Source of the DNA: Halocafeteria seosinensis
Lineage: Eukaryota
Length of the DNA: 54,885 bases
Direction of reading: 5' to 3'
NCBI GenBank assembly: GCA_001687465.1
Contig: LVLI01000170.1
Span: forward strand, 62,001-116,885
In this document: positions 24,710-36,232 of the stretch, in pieces
Layout of the letters: each line of letters opens with the position of its first letter
How positions within the stretch are numbered: the stretch's first letter is position 1
Made by a program: the position numbers and the translations under genes
The notes under the pieces: model-generated
Databases searched by the model: none
The model's input: only the letters and a program-made list of their open reading frames with translations
Told to the model about the DNA's origin: nothing

Positions 24710-26351
24710 TCACGACGACGGTCTATTGTCCAATTCCTTCCTAAGCCTCGAAGCGCAGGCCTTCAATTTCTCAAGCCCGTGGAATAGGTTGTAGGTGTAT
24801 CTCGAGACGCTAAAGAGCCCACCGTACCCTTCCAAAAGCTCCAATGCCTTTTGCACCGCTCGCTTAGGGCAGTACGCTCCACTCGCCGAAGCTTGTATTA
24901 GCCTCTTATGCAAGTCAGAAACAGTTATTTCAATATTGTCAGTCCCTTCTTCATCACAAACAGATTGAATCGAGGACACAACATTCGGAATAACGTCGGT
25001 CGCAAAATTGACAAGAGACCATGTAACTTCATCCTCTTCTTCCGCATCGTTGAGTGCATAAATTATCCCCAAGTGCTCTAGTTTCCTCAATGAGTTCTGT
25101 ACCGCGATGCAGTCTTGTTTTGAATCTCCAATCGAGGAGCCTACAAGAGTCGACAATGCCGGATGATGTCGTATTTCTTTCGCTGTGAAGGACGAAGGAA
25201 GAGCTCTCGAGTCACTCATACGCTGAATGTCGCTGTCTAACGGTTCGATATCGCCCGAGCTGCAAATGCTGTCGATCATCAGATGGCGCTCGGGACTGTA
25301 ATTCCGCAATAGCAACCACGTGCCGTAGTGAATCCTCTCGAAGCGCGATTGTGAGTCTCCTTCATGGACCACTCCGTTGGAACTGGCGCTCTCCTTCGTT
25401 TGGCCTCCTGGATAATGCGGCGCCAGTTCTATGGCTCGTTTTCGGTAAACATCACGATGAAGCTGTATCGTGTCCCACCATGCTAATGTAAGCTCATCCG
25501 CGCGGCTATCGGGAATTATAGTGATGCTCTGAGCGACAATCTCCATCAAGCATATATTATGATAATTGCCTTGATTAGATCCCAAGTCTTTATCTTCATC
25601 CGTTCTCACGTATTGAAAAGAGGGCTTGAGTTTTCCAATGGCTTTCACTCTAGATCCTAATTCCACCTGGCCCACCGGCAGATCTGTTCGAGGCTGTCCG
25701 TCAAAGGCAGTCCTCCATAAATGCACAGACACTGTCGCTGTACCATCGTCTACGGTGAGATTTTCTGCATAATGGTAGCCAAGTCTACATGAAGGACAAA
25801 ATAAGCATTTCGACCCATCGGAATGGGGCGTGAAACTCACCAAACTCTTCCTTGACGGATAGAGCCACCACGATCCCGTTGACTTCAGCGCGATACACTG
25901 GGTGTTCGTACAAGAATGTCATCCAAGGATTCACTACCTGCGCATCCCAAAACCCAATAGAAAATATGGTCTAACCCCATTGTACGCGATATACACGCTT
26001 GCCGGAGCCAATTCAAATCACCTGCAGCTCTCTATTGTCTTTCGCTCTCTGGATGCGCGCCGCCTTGGCGGCTATCTCGCGAACATGTTTGCAGAACAGC
26101 TTCACCGGCGTCTGTGGAGCCGTAAAAGAGCACAATAAAGGACTCTAATGCCTCAATTGAGGCTGTATATAGTTTTGTGAAGATGGCGTACCAGAAACAA
26201 TGGATGCAGTCCGACCACGCTCGATGGCACCTGTATCACTTCTTCCTTCTCCTCGTGTCCTCCCGAGGGACGAGCCGCAGCACTTGCCATTGTGGTTAGG
26301 CTGCATGGGGTAACAATCGAGGAGAGATACCAACCTTAATGGATGTTTCAT
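24710..26351 (-). CDS. STN1: CST complex subunit STN1 (OB-fold plus winged-helix domains), spliced
   Basis: Spliced translation gives VPSSVVGLHPLFL/TPVKLF, HPVYRAEVNGIVV, VDDGTATVSVHLW, LGSRVKAIGKL, AWWDTIQLHRDVY and two winged-helix-like segments (LRKLEHLGIIY; VQKALELLEGYGGLFSV), matching STN1/OBFC1 motifs. Start uncertain. Confidence 0.85.
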
Positions 26352-26724
26352 TCAGCTGCCGAGTAGACGAAAAGATTGTCGTGTCCAACTGGGAAGAAGA
26401 AGTGCACCGGACACGATGAATGATTGGGTCGTTTGTTAGAACAGAACGGCACCGTGGGTCCAGAAAAAGCTCCCTCCTTTCCTCTCGAATAACTAGTTTC
26501 TATGCTTGGCTTGGTGCATAGATTCGTGCTGTGCTAAAAATTGGAACTTCCTGTGCGGAACGGCGGTCAGTGTCCCATGGGCTATGTTCCGCAATAAAGC
26601 GGGTTTCAGCAAAGCTCCCCCGCGCCGCGGAACAACGCAAATAGTAAAGTACTAGTACTACCCCGCAGGATTCTGGTTTTGTTTTTATTTCCTTGAATTT
26701 AGGGAATATGCGTATTATGTGCAG

Positions 26725-26828
26725 GCCTCGTTAGCCCAGCTGAGAGATGTAGAGCAAACGTTGACTACACTGTAGGCGATAAAGGCAGATCAGCGGCTCT
26801 AGCGGCTTCATGAGCTCCACTCGGGGCA
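26725..26828 (+). pseudogene. Degenerate intron-containing tRNA-like sequence (tRNA-Tyr-like)
   Basis: GCCTCGT..TCGGGGC+A acceptor stem (6 of 7 pairs), TAGCCCAGCTG..GTAGAGC D-arm/A-box-like segment, and a GTTGA/TCAGC anticodon stem enclosing CTGTAG plus an intron-like insert. The T-arm is corrupted and there are several small insertions. Confidence 0.35.
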
Positions 26829-26891
26829 GCGTCCCAGATACATACCTCATTGGTTAATCTGCTTCTTGGTCACAATAGCAATCAAGGAAGG

Positions 26892-27899
26892 ATGATTGTT
26901 CTCGCATTGCTCTTTTCGCTAATGTCATTCGTCCAGAGCGCCCAGGAGGAAATCGAATGCACCTGCGCCAAGGACTGTACAATGGGACACTTTTATCAGT
27001 GCATTGAAGTACCAGACCCCACACTTTGCAAATTTGGAGACAGCATTGCAGTGTGCAATGAATGCCCTGTAAGTTGCCGAGAGTGACACGCTGCTTGGTT
27101 CAACAGGATAACAAAGTCCGTGGGTGCTGTACAGCGAGGAAAGTTTCAAAACAAAGCCAGCCATCGGGACACCAGCTGCGAACGCTGCCCCAGGGGTCAA
27201 TATCAAACATCCTTTGGATCTAGCGGGTGTCGCAAATGTGACGACGGAACAACAACTTCAAGTCTGGGTGCGGACACTGCAAATGCCTGCAGGAAGTGCA
27301 ATGTTGGCAAATATTCTCGAGATGGTGACCAGTGTAAACAGTGTCCAGGCGGACGGAAGTCAACCACCGCTAGGGATGAGTGCGTTGACTGCCCAGAAGG
27401 AACATACGGATCTACTGGAGAACAATGTACTCTCTGTCCAGGAGGGAAGTTCTCAAATGTCAAAAGGCTTGCAGACAAAAATGGCTGTAAAGGTTGTCCT
27501 GTCGGCGAATTCGCTGAAGCAGGAAGTGAGACATGCCAAGGATGCCCACCAGGCAAATCAACTGTATCAAGAGAGAGTGAATCTGTCGACGATTGCATTT
27601 ATTTGCCTTCGGTGTCTTCTTCACCTTCTCCAGAACAGCACCCGTCTACCAGCTCGTTTCCCAGTCAAACGGAACCTCCAACAAGCAATAGCAGCATAGC
27701 AGCCGGAAAAGTGCCGAATGAGAGGGGCGCATCTCCTGCCAGTATTTCCACCTCACGTTTACCATCCAGCAACCAAACCCTACAGCCACCCACTCCCATC
27801 GCAGCAAATCGTACCACTAAAAACGAAGTGACTTGCCTGCAACAGAAGCCAGTACTGTCTCCACAAAGACCAGCACGAGTCACAAAACGGAAGAAGTAA
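26892..27899 (+). CDS. Secreted cysteine-rich protein (GCC2/GCC3, ephrin-receptor-like CxxCPxG repeats) with S/T/P-rich tail
   Basis: Signal peptide MIVLALLFSLMSFVQSA; intron 27069-27134 (gtaagt..acag); repeats CERCPRGQY, CKQCPGG, CVDCPEGTY, CTLCPGGKFS, CQGCPPGK; no transmembrane segment. Confidence 0.85.
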
Positions 27900-28849
27900 C
27901 TGCGCATGAGCAGCCTGCCTTAATGAGAATGGGAAGTACTTCAAAGTGGCAAGGTACTTCCGGCAGTGTTTGAATGAGGATGTTTTGTTCACATGCGCCT
28001 TCCCATTATGACTGTAAAAATCCTGAAGCTGTAGACTCTGTGGGAACGATTCATGGATGGCAGATGGCGATATCAAATGAGACCCTTTGCGACCGGCTAT
28101 GTAGCTCAAATTTTCGCTCATCCTTTAGGAATCCAACGTCAGTACATGTAGTCTACCGTTCACTGCGATCTAGTAAAGCTGCGATGTACTACGCTTAAAA
28201 CATCTAAGGTTTCAGCAAAGTGGAATAGGCGAACTCTCATGTTGAGTTCACGTGCATGTGTTAACGTTCTGTATTTCTATTCCCAATATGAGGAATGACG
28301 ACTGCTGTGACCTTGGTAGCCAGCATGGCCTATGGTACTCAGCATCCAGTAACAGGCAAAGAATTTCAGTTCACGTTGAACGATACGGATGAATAAAAGG
28401 CCTCAAGGCTGCGGCCTCCCAAAACGAGGATCTCATCCGAAAGTAGATAGTTTCATGAATATTTGTTTAGTTCAAATGTTTGACAGCAGTTTGAGTGGTT
28501 TTACCGGTATTGTAAGGGACGATACCGTTACTGTCACACTTCTTAAACACTAGGATATTAACAGACCTGCTATTGACATGTTTGTCCGAAAAGCGTGTGT
28601 CATTAAATTCCCAGCCAATATGGACATCATTGAAAGCATTTCCGTTCGCGTTGAACGTTAGCGCTTGAGTCAAGCAAGGCAGATCCACAAGTAGGCAATC
28701 TCAACTGCATAGCTGAATAGATTTGTAATATTCTTATTAGTGCAGTCAAACTAATTCACGGTAGGATGAGTGATTCATCGCCTGTGTTCAGTTCCACTAC
28801 CCAATCCCTCAGACCGTTTGCGGTCGCTAAATGGGTACAAGTCCAGATA

Positions 28850-30223
28850 CTATAGATTTCGCACTTTGTGGTCTACCCATTCCCGAATCTCTTTTATTAA
28901 AAGCATATTCGGTCTTAAGTCTAGAACCACTTCCCGCATTTCAGGGATCCCGATCAATTCCACCATGAACTCCCGAGTTTGCGGCGAATTGTCACTTTCA
29001 ACCAACCAGCGTTGAATTGCAGAGCGTTCGTACGTGTAGCCGTCCTTAGCAACTACCGGATCTTCCATAATACAACATGTTATTGGGCAGCAAAACGAGG
29101 CTGGACATTCCTCTTCAATTTTGCAACCTTCATCTCGTAACTTTCTTATATCACTAGCGAGTAACGCCTCTCGTCTCGCTCTATCGGGTTCAATCTGCAA
29201 GATTTAGCAATCGCGAAGATAATCCTGTGCATTTATGCTCTTACCTCAGGGGTAAAAGCGACGCACCTTGTTTCTTAGCAGTAGCATACCGATAATTTGC
29301 ATATTTGCCTCGTCTTGGCAACTTCCAACTAACAATTCGGCACCTGATACGTCGGATATTTTTGGGACTTCCTCGCCTTCGCACAAGGTGATGCGTGTTA
29401 TTGTCGTATTACTACGCATTGCATCAGCAAAGATGTCGAGAGCTTGACCAGTGAGATTATTGTCGCATAGATCGATCTGATCCAATGACGTGTTGACACG
29501 CAAGGCATCCGCAACATGCTCGGCTCCCACATCACCGACACTATTCAATGACAAATCAAGCTGCTTCAATGTACCGTTCACGCGTAACATATCGGCAAAC
29601 GACTCGGCACCTGCTGCACCCAAGCTGTTTCCTCTTAAGTCCAGCACAGTCAACGTCGTATTGAGACGCAAGGCATTGGCCAATGATCTCGCACCTGTCT
29701 CTCCAAGATTGTTTTTACCTAAGCTGAGCCTACTTAGGCTCGTATTATTCCGGAGAGCATCTGCCAACGCTTCCGCACCACTGCCACATATTCCATTTCG
29801 CTCCAACTCAAGGTCCGTCAATGTCGTATTGCTACGCAATACCTCGGAGAATAAGTGGGCACCACCATCGCCTATATAAGTCTCTCCGATATTGAGATAG
29901 GTCAATTTGGTGTCTCCAGTAAATACATCGGTCAGCGCTCGGCACCCTGCCAAGCTGATTTGAATGTTGAGCAGTTGAATGGCAGACACTTTTGAATTCG
30001 CAAGCAAAGCCTGACCGAGATCTTGCGCGTCTGCATCGGTTAACAGGGTTCCAACCAATACCTCCACGAAACGACCAAACCCGAGTTTCTTCCCCTTGAT
30101 GCGTTGGATAAACGCATCCACTCTTGCTGGATAATGTGGCAGTTTTAACGGTACTGTTTGCTGTACACTAGCGTCTCCATCACTCCTCCTCCTCTTTCTC
30201 CCACCGGCATGTGTATCTGCCAT
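28850..30223 (-). CDS. RNI-like LRR protein with C-terminal U-box (candidate E3 ubiquitin ligase)
   Basis: 28-aa NLRC3-type LRRs (NTTLTDLELERNGICGSGAEALADAL). Phase-0 intron 29195-29266 joins them to the U-box FCCPITCCIMEDPVVAKDGYTYERSAIQRWL..SPQT..LRPN. The N-terminal RKRRR is NLS-like. Confidence 0.9.
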
Positions 30224-30494
30224 CGTGGTTTCCTGTGTATTCAGCAACCGAACAAGTGCGTCAAAGCGGCGCGTCAATACCACAGTAGTGTAGTGTATCC
30301 TGTTGGACGCGAGGATTTCAAATTCCACCGCCACCTACGGTATACTTCAATACCGGTGGTACAGGACGACTTATCAACCTTATGGCGAGGAGAAAATATA
30401 CCAGCAGTAACCAAAACCGCACTTATAAATTTCTTCAGTCTATAGTCGATATCAGTCCCTAAAGGACTCCCTTTATTTTTTTTTTTTTTTTTTT

Positions 30495-31095
30495 GGTTGT
30501 GAAGCTCCGAGTTCACAGAGTCTGAGAGAACGTGGGATTCCCGTTTCGTGGCTTCAGAAGGACGCATGTTCTTTGACCTCGAGCAGGAGATGTACTACAA
30601 TCTGGGCTATGTTGACGAAAATGAGGTGGACGGAACTCCTGGGGAGCCACTTCCCACGTCAGGTGGTGACTTGTCATTGGCCACAACTGTTACGTCTGGA
30701 CGAACACTTACAGTAATCCTAACTTCGCTGCTGCAACCGGTCCTGGCGTCGCTATGGCAGGCACAGGGTCTTCTCCTCCCAGACTAAGCCTTGACGGTAA
30801 CCCCCTGACATTGTGAGCGCAGGCATGGCATCTCCCCCGATGCCTCCTGAGCAAAACCAGTGTTGTGTTCTCTCACGGCGCATGTCAGCATGGCTGCAGG
30901 AACGGCGGGTCCGTCGCTGCTTGACACGGGCGCATACCGCTCCTCGTTAAGGGGATGCGGCCAACTCCCCGGCACACACGCAGCTGTCACACAGGTGACA
31001 CAGACAATGTCAGACAGCACGGGAAATTGGTTCCGTCCGGCCAACTTTCCGGTCGCTTGAGTGATACACTTCCTGTTGTCACTATTTTGTGTGTC
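30495..31095 (+). mobile_element. Longer, more diverged copy C of the retroposon-like element
   Basis: 30684-30973 aligns with 34079-34366. Sequence further 5' has a coding-like frame (FFDLEQEMYYNLGYVDENEVDG) and the copy ends in gtcactattttgtgtgt (~31095). Preceded by a poly-T run (~30474-30494). No clear TSD; boundaries approximate. Confidence 0.6.
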
Positions 31096-31161
31096 TTTTT
31101 CGGTGACTATTCATTGTAGGTACGGAACGTCCTCTGAATTTCTCGAGTTGGTCCTCTACCA

Positions 31162-31924
31162 ATGTACGCAAGTCGAGTCCTTGCTCAGGCTCTTGCGGAT
31201 TCTGGAAGGCCTCTGAAGGCGGTGACCAAGGTCAAACCACCTACTCAGCCTGCTGACTTACTGAGTCCTGAGATCCCTTTCAAAAGGTATGGACCCCATT
31301 CTGATTCCCTAGGTCCTGGTACCATGAGCGTCTTCACCGGAACGGCCGGAATTCTTCCGGTCGGTCCAGCTCCCACTGTAAACTTTCCGTCCGTTTCCGT
31401 TCTCCGGTCCGTGCACCGGAATGTGGAACTCATCCATTCACCGTCGACAAGGCAAGGTTCGTATGAGCGTCTATACAACACAGAATTTGCTCGCCAACTC
31501 TTTGTAACGGCTTACCATAATAGTGGACCGAAACAACAGATCCACAATTTTGTCGAGGGCGATCCGTTGGGCATCGTGACGGTGCCTGAGCTTAAGCAGC
31601 TCTGCGCAGCTCGGGGATCACCCACGTCGCTGACAAAGGAGCTAAGCTGAAAGGGTGTCTCGAGGCTGAGGAGCAAGTGGCAGGCGACGACAATAACGCA
31701 TCAACTTGTAATGAGTTCCTTCAACTTTCCGATAGTGGGAAATTCTTCGTCGATAGTTTCGTGGAAGAGGCCGGGAGAAGATCCAAGTGAAATGGGTGGG
31801 GTTCCCCTCTTCTGAAAACACATGGGAGTCGACCGATGAGTTGCGAAAGGGCCTAGATGTAAAGTTCCCTATTTTTTATCAGAGATTTCATCGCCGTCAT
31901 CAAGGAGGGCCTGCAGCTCAATAA
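31162..31924 (+). pseudogene. Frameshifted relic encoding a SAP domain and a C-terminal chromodomain
   Basis: VTVPELKQLCAARGSPTS (~31576-31630) is SAP-like. After frameshifts, FFVDSFVEEAG/EKIQVKWVGFPSSENTWESTDEL (~31743-31843) is chromodomain-like. Stop TAA at 31922-31924. Confidence 0.65.
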
Positions 31925-32222
31925 AATGAAACCCAGAAGAATCCTCGCGCGCCTCTGCTGTGGCCGCCGGTTATTAAGCCGCAGAGTTACACACAATACA
32001 CTCCGCACTTGCAAGGTTACTTCGACGGCATCAGATGAGAATTGGGGCCGATACGCTTATTTGTGCACCAATAGCTGTGAAAAGAACTATTATCAACTTT
32101 TTTTACACGTTGTTTGTGAAACATGGCTCCAAAGACACGAACTTCGTGGCACAGACGGTACATGTATTCCTTGGATCGCTGATCAGGATATATTTCCTTG
32201 TGACGATTAACATAGTTTTGAA

Positions 32223-32377
32223 TCCCAGTCTGTCAGGGGAATCAAAATGGTCAAGGAGAAAAAATCACTTCGCTTATGTTATTTACTTGTGCTGCTTGCT
32301 CCCAGTCTGTCAGGGGAATCAAAATGGTCAAGGAGAAAAAATCACTTCGCTTATGTTATTTACTTGTGCTGCTTGCT
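32223..32377. repeat. Perfect 77-bp tandem duplication covering the start of GLUG-like copy 1
   Basis: cccagtctgtcaggggaatcaaaatggtcaagg...gctgcttgct occurs at 32224 and 32301. Confidence 0.95.
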
Positions 32378-35224
32378 ACCAGGAGTGCTGTAGCGCTTTC
32401 GCCATTGACTGGTGCTGCTCGTTCCATTCCGGCCAGTACTGGGAGTATGTTGAAGACGGTAGAATTCTCTACCATTCATGAGCAACGATTAGCGGAAACT
32501 ACCGGAGCAGACTCTCTGGTACAATTGCGGATTAGATGGGTCCTGGCCATCCGACTACCGAGAGCTGCAACAGACCGTAATTTGGGGTCTCAAACCCAAA
32601 CCACCGAAGACCGGCTATATCCGACAATTGATTGTGCAAGCTCCTGCTTCTCATACTTTTGCAGTAGCTGTTTTCAAGATATGGGTAGTCGAGCGGTCCC
32701 GGCGGTGCTTCTGTTTCCCATCAGTCACTATAATGACAGAGGTGCTTCGGATATTTCCATTTATTCCACGGCAGACGCTGAAGTTTGCTCTGTACTGTGT
32801 CCCCTGCATAAATGGCCGAGGACTGAAAATGCTCTATCCATTGGTGCACGAAGCTCTCGCTCGATGCTCACCGTAGACCGGGTTTCGTTTTCTTTCGTCC
32901 TTTTCCAACGTATTTCTAGAGATTTTGTTGACCCCGAACAAGTCAAGCGAACCTTCTCGTCCATTGGAAAACCTGGAAAGCCCACGACGCTGCTGCCTGC
33001 AGTTTTGAGTCAACATCATGTGCATTCTCCCACTTGTTTCAAGTTCATGAAACTATGTGTTTGCTTTCTGGTGCCCGTATCGCCGTTGGGAGCAACGAAA
33101 ACTCTGGAAAGTGTCTATCTGAGAGCATTGATTATGACACTGGCTCGACAGAGAGAGTCAGTATCGAAGTCCAAATGTCTCCAGTAGTAATTTTGGTTTT
33201 AGCCCACCTCCTCATCTCGATGATAATATTAGTGGATGGCTACCAGACAGAGATGGAGTCTCGTCCTGTGGATAGATATCACAAGACGTCACCATGTTGC
33301 TCCGCATACGCGAAAGGAGACGAGAGCGGTGGTTCCGAATACTCTGCCACTCTGATTCTGTGAAGAGGCGGCCACGTAAACCCGTATTGAATTCTGAGTC
33401 AGTCCGTCCGTATCTCATGAATTTGACAGTTGTGTTGATATTCACTGGTGGATCAGTCGCGCAAGACCCCTGCGATATGCGATACAATATCATAAATGGC
33501 CATGAGACTTGCCTTCAGTATTTCCCGGATGACAATCTCTTCCGAATGAACTGCAGGGTCCTCAACTGGAAAGCCAATGACAGCAATTATGATCGCGACA
33601 CCCACATTACGCTTGAGGGGAATGAAACATTTGATGGTGGTGGTCGCGAAGGAAATATCATTGACTTGAAGGACACTCAAGACTTCTTTGGATTATTCCG
33701 GGTTGAGAATGATGGTAATGACATTGAATCATTGGATGAAGCTCCGTCGATTCGGAATGCTCATGTCAAGAACGGGAAAACTGCCAAATTCGGTGGATTT
33801 AGTGCTCGAAAAGACCAGAAGTACTTTGTTGTGGATTCATGTAGCTCAACAGGAGAGATTACCATTGGATTACCAATTATGCTGGTGGTATACGTGGTCG
33901 TAAAGCGGCTCTCAACGGAGGCCACATCAAGATATCATATTCCTATTCAACCGGGATAATACAGGGTTTTCGAGCTGGTGGTATCACAGGAAAAAATTCA
34001 GGTCGCAAGAATGGTACTGTGAATATCACCCAATGTTATTCCACCGGGAGGATTGAAGGAGGTGAGGCAGGTGGTATCAACTGTTGCGTCGGGAACAACA
34101 CTTCATCCTGCCTGCGCTGCTGCAACCGGTCTTGGCGTTGGCGCCGCTGTGGCAGGCTCAGGGTCTTCTCCTGCCAGACTGAGCCTTGTCGGTACCTCTG
34201 ACACTGTGGGCGCAGGCATGGCTCCTCCCCCGATGCCTCCTGAGCTTAACCAGTGCTGTGTTCCCTCACGGCGCATGTCAGCAAGGCTGCAGGAACAGCG
34301 GGCCCGTCGCTGCTTAACACGGGCGCATACCGCTCTTCGTTAAGAGGATGTGGTCAACTTCCCGGCCGGTGGGCTATCTGTCACATTTGTGTGTGTGAGG
34401 TGGTATCTGTGGAGACGATGCAGGTTGGAACCATGGACGTGTGTACATCACACAATCATATTCCACAGGAGATATTCGTGGAAGCCGGAGTGGTGGTATA
34501 GTGGCGGATGATAGCCCACGGGCTGGCGGTGAAGTACATGTTGGAGATTGTTATTCACAAGGAAATATTGAAGGTGAGCTGTACAGTGGCGCAAACAGGT
34601 GGAGGGGGCGGCGGGGAGACGGGGCTTCCATTAGCAACAGGCGATGTCTACATAGCGAATACGTATGCTTCCGATGTTGTCAGTCCTCCCGATGGCGGTG
34701 GAATCATTGGGCATATGGGCAGTGACGCAAGTGGCGTGATACAAGTGCAGCATTCGGTCCATAATGACTCCAATGGGGCTAGTATGGTAGGAGACGACAA
34801 CGCTCAAGAGGGTGTTTTAAAGACGACCGCCATTTTCAACACTTTGGATGTTATACGAGGTCAACTGTATCATTATGAGGGCAAGCAGAAATGGAATAAT
34901 AAAATCTGGGCTCTCAATGGCACTGATGCTTTGCCCATTTTGCGCTTTCAGCTGTCGCACTCGTCGCCGGAACCAAGTCCAGTTTCTACTCCCACACCAT
35001 CCAGAACCCCTTCTCTGTCTGCTTCAGAGACGCCCACTAGCACGCCAACGTTGACACCTTCGGTCACGCCCTCTCAGTCTCCTCATGTGTTAACTACGAA
35101 GCGGACACTTCTGGCGCAGCGACCCGGGAGAGTTCCGAAGCAAGATTCCGGTTATTGCATGGACGATGTAAAGTTTGAAGGGAAAATTCATCCCGGCGAC
35201 GATGAACTTAACGTAGTTAAATGA
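32324..35224 (+). pseudogene. Disrupted paralog of the GLUG-like beta-helix gene at 37602-40181
   Basis: Colinear with 37602-40181 (e.g. GHETCLQYFPDDNLFRMNC, IWALNGTDALPILRFQL) but split over several frames, with frameshifts near 33870 and 34590 and a TSD-flanked insertion at 34079-34397. Confidence 0.85.
34079..34397 (+). mobile_element. 5'-truncated retroposon-like element, copy B, inserted in coding sequence
   Basis: Flanked by the direct repeat aggtggtatc (34069-34078, 34398-34407). The intact paralog has a single gcaggtggtatctgc at ~39411. Confidence 0.9.
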
Positions 35225-35829
35225 GGAATGAGTGTTCAGGAGACGTGTTCAGTGGTGTTGGACCACTTTAGCTGGCTTCACGGCCGGGACGACAATCTAG
35301 AAAATGGCCGGGAGAGCGCAGGCCATTACGGTAACCTATCTGGTGGATGGGGATAAATAGCACCTCCTCCATCGTAGAGGGGAAACAAATTACCATACGG
35401 ATGGAGAAGCGCTGAACACAACCATGCTTATCGCTCGGCATGGATAGTTAGTTACAGACAGGCAAGTCAGCAAAGCACAGAAGGTATTATATATTATATG
35501 GCCTCTCTGAGGAAGGACGTGCAGATACGAATCAATGATGAAGAATTGTCGACGAGTGCACGGGGACAACATACTTGCAGGCCGACCCTGAGGACCCACC
35601 CCAAGGTCTTGCTATTTCCCGAAAGTAGGGTAGAATGCCTAGTTCCCTTGACTACACGGGGGAACGCTTTTTTCCCGGCGACTATACTTCCTCGTCGATG
35701 TTGGGCAAAGTAGAGTCTTACTATGCAATGTAGCAAGGTAGACTTCGTCAAGGCCTACCCGCTTCTTGGTTGCTAACCGTTAAATTTTTATTCCTTCCAG
35801 CACGCTTTCAAAACGGGGACCTCGAGGCA

Positions 35830-36232
35830 GCCGAAGCGCTAATCTTGGGAAATGCAGAGCCACGATGTACGACTCAGCGATGACGAATTGTCGATGAGAC
35901 CAGGAACACAACGTACCTAGGGACGTTTAGAGGATGGAACCCAGCAGCAAGTTGCTCTGTTGCTCCTATTTCCCTACTGGAGGGTTGAATGCCTAAGGTT
36001 GCTTGTTGCAAGAGTGAACGCCGCTTCCCAAGTCCTCTACTCCGTCGTCGACAGCTGGCAAAGTGGAAACCTAGCATGGTGGGACACAGCAAGATAAGCT
36101 TCCTCGATACTCTTTAGGCCTAGTTCGACGATATTGTTTTACCAGGCGGAACGCGTGTCGGCTTCTTTAGCTTTATCGTGCTCATGGCTCTCGCTTAACA
36201 CGAACAATGTCACCACACATTTTGGCGCATAG
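35830..36232. repeat. Duplicated 3' flank shared with 40345-40731
   Basis: gatgtacgactcagcgatgacgaattgtcgatgagaccaggaa...ttatcgtgctcatggctct is present after both GLUG-like genes, so the duplicated unit is roughly 32.1-36.2 kb vs 37.4-40.7 kb. Confidence 0.8.

Noticed and set aside
28200..28690. Possible degenerate LRR remnant on the minus strand (LTQALTFN)
   Set aside because: Too short and fragmented to distinguish from chance.
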